DNA from: the human T2T-CHM13v2.0 reference genome, Homo sapiens
DNA length: 64,000 nt
Reading direction: 5' to 3' (one strand)
NCBI RefSeq assembly: GCF_009914755.1
Contig: NC_060933.1
Of the stretch, positions 12,770-27,859 are shown piece by piece. A program made the translations under genes and the position numbers. The notes under the pieces are model-generated. The model was given only the letters and a program-made list of their open reading frames with translations, was not told the origin of the DNA and made no database searches. How positions within the stretch are numbered: the first letter of the stretch is position 1; each line of letters starts with the position of its first letter.

Positions 12770-13639
12770 ACCGGGCCCAGCCCCAGTGGGTGAATCATCC
12801 TATTTCTGTGGTAATCATAGGCCCTGTAGTCCCCTTTGCCAGTCATCAGTACAGGGTGAGCATGTGACTCAGCCCTTCTGGTCAGTGAGACTTAAGGGGA
12901 GGGGGGCTTTGGGAGTTTGGGGAAATACAGAGAGAAACGCAGGGAGAGCTGCCCCAGAGTCTGCTGCCTTTGCGTGAGATAGGGTGAGGGAACAGGACAC
13001 CTGGAGCGGTTGGAGCGGTGGCCACCCACCTGTGACGGGGAGGTGGGGGCGCTGAGAACAGAGACGGGAGGCTGTCCGAGTGGCCCTGACACTGCAGAGC
13101 CCAGAGCTGAGCTCACGCCTCCGCCTCTGGGCTTCCTGTTACCCACAGCGCAGGTCCCAGGAATTGAGCCACCGGTGGTTGGGGATGGCACGCAGCCTGT
13201 GGGAGGCGGCCTTTCCTTCCCAGTTTCAGCCTCTTGATCAGAGTCCATATTTACAGAACTCCTCTCACCCTGGCTCCCCAGTAGCGTGTGTTCCGTGGAG
13301 CACAGTTTGGGAAAGGCTGGTGGGAAGGGGACGGGAGAGAGGCAGGACAGTGGGCTCCCAGGCCCACTCCCCCGCGAATACAGCAATCGTGCCTTGTTTC
13401 ATCGTCTGGAAAATGAAGGGCGGGCCCACATCCCCTCTTCCTTCCCAGCCAGCTCTTGGCGTCCAGTATCTGCGCCCAGGACCATGTGCTCCATGCCCCT
13501 GGACTTGGGTCCCAGCAGCTGCCACCCACCTGCCCTGCTTGCCACTAAACTAAGTCTCTGCCCTCCCAAGGTTTAAAGAAGAGGACAGCAGCACTGACGG
13601 AACATCTTCTTAGGGGTCAACTAGGATTATACACACGCA

Positions 13640-14130
13640 TTTAAAGCTCGCTTTGCAGTCGTCCCCACCCTTTCCCGCCCTTCCTTATTGGGGGCCACCA
13701 GGGTCCTGGAAGCTGGGGGCACCCAGCGGGGGGCACTGTCACCGCACTGGCCTGGGGGAAGCGCAGCTGCGCTGCCCACGCGGGGTCGTGGGTGGAGGGG
13801 TTGGGAGGCGGTCATGCCACCCCCGCCTCTCCCGCGGCCGGAGGGCACCGGTTCAGCTGGCTCCCGCCGGTTAGGAGGCCTGTGTGAAAACCTCATTATG
13901 CAGCAGCATAACTCGATAGCACCCCCGGGTTCAGGCTTCCCTGGCCACGACGAGCCCTGCCGCCCCAGGGTCCACGTGGCCGAGCGGGGACGGGGAGGCC
14001 CCCTCCTCCAGCGGGGTCCTTCAACAGCTCCAGCATCGCCACTCTCGGGAGCTCCGGACTTAAGCGGGGCTTCATATATTAGCGGCGTGCCCAGCAGTCC
14101 CACGAGGTTGAGACTGTGTCTCCGGGTTTC
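13640..14130. promoter_or_regulatory. CpG-island-like element
   Basis: Highest CpG/GC density in the window; CTCF-like CCAGCGGGGGGCAC 13723-13736; palindrome agcgcagctgcgct 13760-13773; G4 motif 13782-13805. Confidence 0.7.
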
Positions 14131-14349
14131 CTGCAAACAGATCCTCTTCCTCCTCACAGCAACCCTGTTCCCCTTCAGAAAGGAACGACAACAAAATGAT
14201 ACCGGGTTTTCTTTTTGGAAGATGTCCTGACCTGTGTGTATGAGCGGAGGGTGAGAGAACAGGGATGCAAGAATCATGAACAGAGACTCATTCCCCTGGC
14301 TTTGCTCAGTTATCCTAAAAATCCAAGTAGCCAGTTTTACTATGCTGCT

Positions 14350-14470
14350 CCTTAGAGATATAGACACTGAGGCTCAAAAAGATGGAGAAACCCGTCCAAG
14401 GTCACACACAGCTAGAAGTGACGGAGCTATAAGATTCAAACTTGGCCATCTGACCCCAAAGCCACCCCCT
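14350..14470 (-). mobile_element. MIR fragment
   Basis: actgaggctcaaa...ccaaggtcacacacagctagaagtg...gattcaaac. Confidence 0.75.
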
Positions 14471-16779
14471 TGACTATCTCAGGAGGCTTCTACCTTGGGG
14501 ACATGCCCATTTGGCTGGGAAATTCTCCCAGAGCTTGTCTAGGTTTGTGTGTAGCTTTCAGAGTTATGGAAGGGCCAGGAGATGTCTAAAGATTTTCAGA
14601 TTAATATGCTCAAGAACCTGACCATGTGGGTTGTAGAAGGACTGCAGATTTCAATAGAGAGGGTAGAATCTGACTCCCTTGGAGTGAGGTGTTCCTGCAA
14701 AGGCATCTTTGGGCAAGGTGGCTTCCCATGCTGTGACACAGCAGCCTCATGCGGCCTCCAGCCTGGCGGTTTTGGGCAGTAAACAGATGACCTCATTGGC
14801 TGAGGCCATCCATCTGGGCTTCTCAAGAACTCTGGTATAATTTTAAAAGGTGGCTGGGCAAAGACAAGAGTGAGAGAGGACTCCCTTTAGGGATCCTGTG
14901 TTGACAGCCCTTTATGACCTCCAAGGTGGGAACCGGCTTCTGCAGAAATTGCATTTTTAATATTTAAGTAAGAATCGGCATGCTTTGGGGAGCCTAACTG
15001 AATTTCCAATGGATCAGCAGAAAAGTCAACAAAAGGTTGTGTTTCTTGTTCTAATCCCTTCACTTATTCCACCAAATGGTTGTCAGATGTTCAACCACAC
15101 CGAGAGCTAAGGAAAGCCCACGCCAGGAAGGCTAAACTTTGGCTGCTGCAAGGTGTCTTAAAAACAGTGGTGTTACTTAGGGTTCTGGAACCAGTTGAAA
15201 GCCTGGAAGGAGAGCCCGTGTGCTTTATGATGCCTCAGGACAAGGTGGGAGGAAAGGGGAATAAAAGGCTTGCCTGTTGCTGAGCTAAAAGGAGTCAGTA
15301 TGAAAATGCAGATTGCCTTAAGCACAGCTAAGTGCCACAGGCTTTGCCCTCTGCATTGGAGGAGCGTTGGTATCCTGCAGAATGAGCCTTGGAGCCTCTG
15401 CTACACCAGTACTACCTTCTAATAAGAATGAAGGCAAGGATCTTGATTCCTGGCATTCGTCAAATTGCTGTTTGCAAATAGTTTCCATGTATTTCTCAGC
15501 TCTGATCACTTGGTAGTGGTTTCACGCAGCATGTGATGAGAAGGCTTCTGAGGCCTTATGCGGGCTCAGAGGAGGAAAGTGTGATGATCAATCAGTGATC
15601 CCCGCCATGGGTCTCAATAGGGGAAAGAGGCAGCAGGTAGGCCAGATATGTGTCACCCCCTGTGGAATAGAACTGCGATGACCAGTAAGGGGTTTAGAGT
15701 GACATCGCTTGAGACTTCCGTAGGCCTTATATTGTGGAGCTTAAATTTACATATGCTATTTCAGCGGGGCAGAAAAAGGTATCGCCTCTTTATTTTCTAA
15801 AGGTATCTAATCTTCCCTGCAAACCTCACCTTGCTGGGTGGCTGGAAAGGATGAGTTTCAGGAAGAGGAGGGAGGTGGTTGGGAACTCCTTTAATTTGCC
15901 AGCTTTCGGAGTTTAGGTTACTTCGTGTTTAAACAGTCTTCCAGGGAGGGGAGTGGGGAGGGCAACCCAGTCTTTCATGTTTCCTCTTCCTCAGCTTGCT
16001 GTTCCCAAGAGGGCACCTGGGTCTGTGGAAATGGGGAAGGGGTGGCGGTGACCTTGTGACCGAGGGCAGAAGCCTCAGGCTGGGAGGTGCCCTGGGATTC
16101 TGGTTGCTGCCATCTGCTTTGGGTAGTGTCATCTGGCCCCTAAGCTCCTCCGCTCCCGGGCCTGGTGTTCCTCCAGGTAACCTGTGGTTTGTTCTCCTGG
16201 TTTGTGGCTGTTCTCCTCCTTGACTTGGCCTCATGTCATTTCTCCCCGATGCCCCAGGCCCTTCTGAACCTCAGTAGTGTCTTCCATCGGGCCCCTGGCC
16301 AGGATGCGTGGCTTGCCATCCCCAAGACAGGGTTGCCGGCAGTTAGGATTTTGGAGTTTCAAGTAACAATACAAAACTTCAACTCATACTGTATGAAGCA
16401 ATGGGAAGATGTATTATCTTACATCATGAGAAGTCTAGAGGCAGACTGGCCTCCAGGAACACTGTGGTCACCAATAATAGGGTCTTTCTTCCCCCTCCAC
16501 TCTCTTTATCCTGAAGCTGCTCTGTGCCCTAAACCCTGCCACAAAATGATTTTCAGTGGAAAACAGTGTGGTTTACTTTCCTGTTAACAGCCCTCAGAAG
16601 AGAACCAAAACCTCTCCTCAAGCAAAGATGGTTAAGTTCCACACCTTCATTGTGACTGGCTTTCTTTTCTTGTCAGGACAGAGCTCTGACGTTGCATGTT
16701 TTACTTCCTTAGGGTGCGGAGGAGTGGTCTTCTCTGCTCTCAGTCCGTCAGGCTTGCCCCCACTGCTGAAGCCATGAGT

Positions 16780-16940
16780 CCACTGGTTTATCATCTCCCC
16801 AATATTATTATGCCTCATCTGTAAACTGAAGATGATAGAGTATCTAATACATGGTATTGTTACAGGCTAAGCTGAGATAATTTATGTAACATCACTTTCT
16901 ATAGCTTCCGACACACAAAAATGATAATAAATGTTAGCGT
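16780..16940 (+). mobile_element. MIR fragment
   Basis: cctcatctgtaaactgaagatgatag...tgagataatttatgtaa...ataaatgttagc. Confidence 0.7.
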
Positions 16941-17053
16941 TGTTTTTCAGTTCTCATTCAGTTCTCATAGGAAATGTTAACTCTTTTCCTTTGGCAAAAA
17001 TAAACATCAACATTCTGAAACTGTTTTCAGAAAGATGATGTTAGGACAGGAAG

Positions 17054-17348
17054 GTGTTTTTTGTTTTTTGTTTTTTTTGAGATGGAGTCTTGCTCTGTGG
17101 CCCGGCTGTAGTGCAGTGGCGGGATCTGGGCTCACTATCAACTCTGCCTCCTGGGTTCAAATGATTCTCCCTCCTCAGCAGACAGAGTAGCTGGGATTAC
17201 AGGCGCCCGCCACCACACCCAGCTAATTTTTGTATTTTTAGTAGAGACAGGGTTTTATCATGTTGGCCAGGCTGGTCTTGAACTCCTGACCTCGTGATCT
17301 GCCCTCCTCAGCCTCCCAAAGAGCTCACGCGGTGGCTCACGCCCAGAC
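17054..17348 (-). mobile_element. AluS with rearranged 5' end
   Basis: Antisense Alu; 12-bp TSD taggacaggaag at 17042-17053 and 17349-17360. Confidence 0.95.
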
Positions 17349-18539
17349 TAGGACAGGAAGTCTTGTCGGCTTAGTTCATTGCTAGCACCTAAAAGTAAGA
17401 GCTGGCACCCAATTAGTGCCTCACTTAACGTAAGGCATCTTCTAGAGTAGAACCAGTCTTTCAATTGTAGAGAATGCTTCAAGTAAAAATGTTAAGTCCT
17501 GCAGATATATCACTTCTGGAATGTCTTGGGTGTTGACACTCAATCAGAACTCTACGACATTCCTCAACCCTCCCGTGGACATTCGATGCCTTTAGATCCC
17601 GGCTCCTCCCCTTGCTCTTGGCAAAGGATGGCCGAAGTCCTGGGGAGAGTCGAGCTGGCTATGACACACTTAAAAGATGTAAAGTGAAGACAGGTTTCAG
17701 ATCTTTGTGGTGTTAGTGACACCAGGGAATCCTCCTGACAAGGGCCTAGATCTTTAGATCACAAAATACTCATGAACAGAATATTGTTTATATAATTCCT
17801 GGAGAAGTGATTCTAATAGAGAACCAAAAGGGGTTAAAAAAAAAATCACGGGACCAACTGAAGACAGTTTTTGGCTTTCAGTGTGCGTGGAGTAAATACA
17901 GCATGCCCTGTCTGAGATTCCAGCACCAGATCTTCATTCAGTGGGTAGAGTTCTGCCAAGCTTCAACTGCTGCCATGAGTTAGCTAGAGCCAAAAAGGAC
18001 TGAAAAAAAAGACTTTTCATAGAGAGATAGGTGGACAGTTACGCTCTGGCTGGCATGCCCACTTTGCCTCTGCTGTTGAACAAAAGGTCCCCATGCAAGG
18101 TCAATGCGTAATGAGCCACAGTTCAGCTGGAAATACATTTTCAATGGCTTCCATCCCTTTACAGAACAAAGGGGAAAGCCCAATTCAGGTCAGCACTTTA
18201 TAGCATCCTCATTTGATGAGAAAGAACATTTTTTTCACTGGCTGCTGGCACAGTCTCCCTGCTCGTGGGAAGAAGCATCTTTGATCCACTTGGCACAGGT
18301 GGTGAGGTTGAGTCCTGTCACTGTCCGTGCAGAGCTCAGCCGGCATCTCTGCTTAGAGATATACTGCATATTATCATATGCAGTGCAGGCAAATAGACCT
18401 TCATTTCTCTCTGGCCCCTTCTCTCCTTTTTCCTCTACTCTTTTGGAAGTACTTGAAAACCTATACCTTTCAGAACGAGGAAGAATCTACATTTTTAAAT
18501 TAACAATAATATCTTTTATTTGGCCTGATTTTATTTTAC

Positions 18540-19660
<1,121 letters not shown>

Positions 19661-19694
19661 GGGAGAATATTTTTGATTGTGAAACACTCTGATT

Positions 19695-19900
19695 TTGTGC
19701 TATGCAATATGGTAGTCACTAGTCAGTCATGTTGTAACTATTTAAATTTGAATTAATTAAAATGAAAAAAAAACCCAGCCAGATCCTCAGATGCAGTAGC
19801 CACATTTCAAGTGTTCAGTAGCCACGTGTGCTACCATACTGGACAGTCCAGATTATAGAACATTCCCATCAGCACAGAAAGTTCTACTGAACAGCACTGC
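19695..19900. mobile_element. MER33/MER3 hAT-Charlie fossil
   Basis: tagccacatttcaagtgttcagtagccacgtgtgctaccatactggacag...agaacattcccatcagcacagaaagttcta. Confidence 0.8.
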
Positions 19901-19911
19901 TGCAGATCCTT

Positions 19912-20354
19912 GCTATTTATTTATTTATCTATTTACTTTTGAGATGGAATTTGCTCTGTCACCCAGGCTGGAATGCAGTAGCATGATCATAGCTCACCGT
20001 AGCCTCGAACTCTTGGGCTCAAGCAATCCTCCCATCTCACCCTCCCAAGTGGCTGGAACTACAGGTGCACACCACCATGCCTGGCTAACTTTTTATTTTT
20101 TTGTAGAGATGGGGTCTCACCATGTTTCTCAGGATGGTCTTGAACTCCTTGCCTCAAGCAATCCTTCAACCTCAGCCTTCCAAGTAGCTGAAACTACAGG
20201 TTCATGCCAGCATTCTCGGCTTTCAATTTTTTTGTAGAGATGGGGTATCACTATATGATTTCCAGGCTGGTCTTGAACTCCTAGCCTCAAGCAATTCTCC
20301 TGTCTCAGCCTCCCAAAGTGCTGAGACTATAGTCATGACTGGCCGCACCTGCCT
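19912..20354 (-). mobile_element. AluJ-type element with three monomers
   Basis: One right monomer followed by two left-monomer-like units (tttgtagagatgggg near 20100 and 20231). Confidence 0.88.
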
Positions 20355-20864
20355 AGATTCTTAAAGTTTGGTCTATGGTCCAACAGCATCAGCTTCAATG
20401 GTCATGTTTTAATTTAAAACATAAGTTGTTAAAATAAATGTCAATACAAGATTCCTTCCTTATTACTTACCTTCAAAGAAAGTAAGACCTTAACTTTATA
20501 ATATCTTTTCAGTGCATAGAATTAAAATAAAAATTTTCATCTCAGACTTGGAAATATTTATTTTTAATTCCTTTTTGGTAAATAAATTATGCCATATTCT
20601 TAAAAATGGAATATCTGTACTCATTAAAATGATATTGTAGAAGATTGTTTATGGCATGGCAGAATTCCATAATGTATTTATTTCTATTTGTATTGTTTAA
20701 TTTCTTCACAGCTTTATTCTGCCTGACACAATATATTGCTGAGGGGGAAAACTCCAAATTACGAGAGCAAATACAGTACTATTACACGCCCAGAAGCACA
20801 CACACAATCCCAGGAAAAGAAGGGATGTTTATTCAGATGTTAACCAAGGTTAATCCTGCAGACT

Positions 20865-21430
20865 GTTAGCTATGGATAATGTTGATTGCCTCTCCTGTGT
20901 CCATCCCCCCTACTTTCCTTTAGAGTAACTTGTCACTTTGGGCTCAATATCTCCCCAAGCCCTGTTTACTCGTGTGTCTCGGGCAGTTGACTGCTTTCAT
21001 GGTTCTCTCTGATTGCTCAAAAAGGAATCCCACCCATTTGTAAGTGTTGGTTAAGGAGTGGGCGTGTCACCCAGTTCTGGCCAATAGAATTTGAGGAAGA
21101 GTCCATTAGAAAGCTCTTACAAGAAAATGTCTTGCTTGTAAAAGAGATGAGGAAGTCTCTCTTTTTCCTTTCAATGTGGTTATGTCTTGTTGTAACACCT
21201 TGAACTACTGTTGTCACCATTGTAAGAGCCAATGGGTTGATGTTAAAACCACACTGAAGACGGCAGATCAGAGAGATGAAATAAATCTGGATTTTTAATG
21301 ACATCAATGAACCACTGGAAAAACCAGCCCTGAAACCCACCCACCTGGCCCTGGACTCCTTGTTATGTAGTAGTCTGTATTGCTTAAGCCAGGGCTTCTT
21401 TCTCCTGGAGCTGAAGCACACAAACAGATA
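20865..21430 (+). mobile_element. MLT1-family MaLR LTR (MLT1I/J-like)
   Basis: tgtcacccagttctggccaataga...tggactccttgttatg...gcttaagcc. Confidence 0.7.
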
Positions 21431-21533
21431 TAATGGGTAATTTTAACTTCTTCTTTTGGCTCATATGAGTTTTCTAAGTCTTTTTATATGAGAATGTATT
21501 TCTTTTGTAATATTAAATAAAACACTAAAATCG

Positions 21534-21966
<433 letters not shown>

Positions 21967-22229
21967 CTACCAAAAATGAAAAAAAAATCTTTTAGTTTAT
22001 AAGACCCACATATGAACACTTAGTGAGTTTGACCCTCCCAGTGCTTAAGTTACCACAAAGGAACAAGGTGGGGCTATGGGGCTATTTATGACAATCTTGC
22101 TCCATGATACTTTCATAAGATCTCTAGGTCCACATGAAGCCGTGAGATGCAGAAGCCACCTTGTTAGGGACACTTCAGATTCGGAGATGACACACAGAGG
22201 ATGTGCCAGGCGCAGTGTTACTCTCGCAA

Positions 22230-22560
22230 TTATTTACAAAGTTAAATTTCTTAGAAGACTGTCTATACTCATCAGTTCCAATTCATACCCTCCCATTGAT
22301 TTTTGAACTCACTGTGATCTGGAGTCTTTCGAAGGCCATGGATGATCTTCTTATGACCAAGTTCAATGGTACTCTTCAATGACTGTCTCACTTATGTCTG
22401 CGGCATTCTTGTTTCTTTACTGTCTTTTGAAATTTTTTCTCCCTTGACTTCTGATACTCCTGATTTCCCCCTTCCTTTCTGTACACTCCTAAATCTTCAG
22501 GCTTCTCTCACTCTCCTCACCTCTTACAGGTTGAAATAGCCAAGAATTTTTCCTTCTCTA
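22230..22560 (+). mobile_element. L2 fragment
   Basis: ccaagttcaatggtactctt...cccttgacttctgatact, pyrimidine-rich L2-like blocks. Confidence 0.5.
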
Positions 22561-22586
22561 TTGTCTTTTCAGTGACCCAAATCCTC

Positions 22587-22738
22587 TTTTTCATGTGATT
22601 GGGTCTCACACTGCCACCCAGGCCAGAGTGCAGTTGCACAATCATAGTTCACTGCAGCCTCCTTCTCCTGGGCTCAAGTGATCCTCCTGCCTCAGCCTCC
22701 CAAAGTGCTGGGTTTACAGGCATGAGCCACTGTGGCCC
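22587..22738 (-). mobile_element. Alu monomer (FLAM/FRAM-like)
   Basis: Single antisense monomer; cccaaatcct on both flanks. Confidence 0.88.
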
Positions 22739-22751
22739 CAAATCCTTTTGA

Positions 22752-22880
22752 TTAGTACTATTCAGTAGAAATTTCTGCAGTGATGGAAATGTTCTGTATC
22801 TGTGCTGTCCAGCAGGGTAGCCAGTAGCCACACTTATGTATGCAGGATTTGAAATGTGGATAGTGCAACTGATTGTCTAA
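22752..22880. mobile_element. MER3 hAT-Charlie fragment
   Basis: tagaaatttctgcagtgatggaaatgttctgtatctgtgctgtcca...tttgaaatgtggatagtgcaactga. Confidence 0.8.
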
Positions 22881-24575
22881 CTAAGTACATATTTTCCTCT
22901 ACTTTTAGAATATTTTGGAAAAAAATATTGGGGCCTCAGTTTTGTTGAAATAATTGCTTCAGTTCTCTGCTGGATGAGTCTGCAAAGATCTAGGTGGTAA
23001 GATATAAGGCCAATTGAGTAGTCTAGTTAATCCTGTACTTTCCACACTGTAATAAATTTACACTCTTTTCTCTTAAAGCTTACATGTAGTGAGATGTCCT
23101 GTATCCAAGTCCTGCCAATGTGTTACTCATCTTGAACTGGCTGAGGTGAGGATAGGAAAATACCTCTCCTGTTGGCACTTTTTAACTCTATCCCTAGCCT
23201 TTATTTGAGCTAAATTTCCTATCCCCAGGCAGGTTTATATGCAGAATTTCACTGCTGGTTTACCTTATTGCTTGTTAAATATCTGGCCATCCTTTGATTA
23301 TTCAACCTAAAATCCAGCCATTGCTTCTTCTATACTTTGTTCATTCATCTTTGGTGAGTACCTCCAGCTCAGGAAGAATAGGAATATTTTGCAGTGTGGA
23401 GATGGGAAGGACCAACCACCGAGAATTTTAATGATCAACTCTGGACGATAGTGTAAAAAACACCAGAAGAAAGTGATGTAGTCAGCATTACTAAATTTCA
23501 GTGATTATAACTTTTGAAGCTCACTAGCAAAAAAGAAAAAAAAAAGTGTTATGCAAATGTACCTCTCTCTTTTCTTTATTTCCTTTTCCCAGCAAAAACA
23601 TTGTAAATTGCTAAAAGTCTTCTGGTGACTTGTCATATTTGGCACGAGTTTAATTGGTTTTGGCAATTGTGTTTTAGTGACTCATGAGAGAATACTTTTA
23701 GTTTTTTTACTAACAGATGTAGCAGTGCCTGTGCTAAAAGCAATGACAATAATGTCATAAGGTTATAAAATGGCAGGAATTTGCTGCTGGTGGTCCAATA
23801 AAAACAAACTAGTATGAAGAGGGAGCTGTGGGAAGATAAGATGTAAAATATACAGTGCTATAAATGTTTAGTCACAAAAGATCTGATCTTTTGTCGTTTA
23901 TTTAAACAACACATGTTGAAATTGGGAATCTGCACATGATATCCTAGGAACCACTACATTTTGAATTCAATGTGTTTGTAATCATATTTCATTTGCATCA
24001 TTGCTCTCATTTCTTGTTCAGGGAAGTGACTCTAACACCACTAGAAAATTGAGATGATATCCTACTCATACTTTGTTTCTTTAAGAAATGTCTTTTTGAA
24101 AACTGTGTTATATTTCTGGGTCTTTAAAACGGTTATCATTTCCCCTTGCATCATCTGATTGGATGGCCATTACAACTAGAGAAGTCACTTTCTTTTGAAA
24201 CATGAAATACTTATGCAGCCAATGTTTGAATGCCCATTTGTCCGCCATGAACTCTGCCAGGTATTGGAGAAACAGCTCTGGACAAGTCCCTGGCCTCCAG
24301 GAGCTTACCGTCCAGAGGGAGAAAAGGCAAGAAGATACTTGTGCTGCTTATTAAAGGCTATGTTAGAAGAACTATACACTATGTCAACATCATAGAGATG
24401 AGGTCCGTTCATGTGGGATATTCCCAGTCTCCTCTCTAGTCCAGACCAAAGCGGCATTCTACTTTGCCTCCACCTCAGTCCTGTGGGGTGATTCTGTCTT
24501 TGCCATCCTTGATGGTGGATTTTCATGTTTTCGAATAAAGAGAATGGGGAGAGAAAGATTGAAAAGGTGTGAGGA

Positions 24576-24886
<311 letters not shown>

Positions 24887-25013
24887 GAAAAGGTGTGAGG
24901 AAAGGAAAGGGGAACAATTATTTTTTCCTAGATTAGTTCCTGGGCTTCAGCATTATGAAAAAAAAAAAATCCTCATGGTGGGGAAAATAGAAAAACACTT
25001 AAAAAGAAGTTGA

Positions 25014-25512
<499 letters not shown>

Positions 25513-25711
25513 TTACGCAGTCACAGCAAACAATGGCACATTTCCAGCAGTTTGGAGCATCGGTGGTGTGCTCCAGCGCCAGGTGTAGGCACTGGCATAA
25601 TGCTCCCTGGTGTGCTGTGAGAGGCCCTGCCCAGCTCCTGTTCAACATCTCCTCCCGCATAAGGCAAGAGTGGAGCATATGTGTACAGAGGACCAGACAC
25701 ACGTGCATATG

Positions 25712-25735
25712 CACACACACACACACACACACACA
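25712..25735 (+). repeat. (CA)n microsatellite
   Basis: Direct. Confidence 0.95.
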
Positions 25736-26239
25736 TCTCCCAGGAAGCACAAACCTTAATTCGAATTTAGGAGAAAAATACCCTCTAAATCTGCAAGAGT
25801 ATAGTACTACTCAAAATTACACCACAATTAATAAACTAAACAACAAACTCTGTAAATGAAAGACTTGAATTACGATTAGCTATAATTAAGATTAGATTTC
25901 CCTAAGATTAATGAGCGGCCGCTTGTTTTATACATGTTTTCAAGGCACCCATTCTGGTCATTTTACCAAAGCAAAATTTGCTCAAAAGATGTCTCTACTT
26001 CTAGAAACAGAAAACTGCTAGAAAATGATGTTTTTTAACATATAGATTTTTTTAAAATAAGGGAAATCATATCTAAGAAGATAAAACCAACTCACAATTT
26101 CACATACAGATGATCTTGCTGACTTTTAAAAAGTACACATATATGTGATAAAAGTTCAAACAGTGCAGGAGGGGTTTCTCAAAAGAGAAATCTCACTCTT
26201 TCATTGCTTTTGAAGGTAACCACTACTAAATCTTTTTCT

Positions 26240-27740
<1,501 letters not shown>

Positions 27741-27859
27741 CATCTGTTTTTAAACCCTTATAAGTATAGTTGTACATATGTCTTGTTGAACTTTCATAAA
27801 TTTGACAACAATGAGGTTACTGGGTCAAAGCATTTTAAATTTTAAATTTGAAGAGATAA

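Noticed and set aside
13627-14367. 246-aa minus-strand ORF and overlapping 180-aa plus-strand ORF
   Set aside because: Pro/Gly/Arg-rich shadow ORFs expected in a CpG island; no recognisable domain
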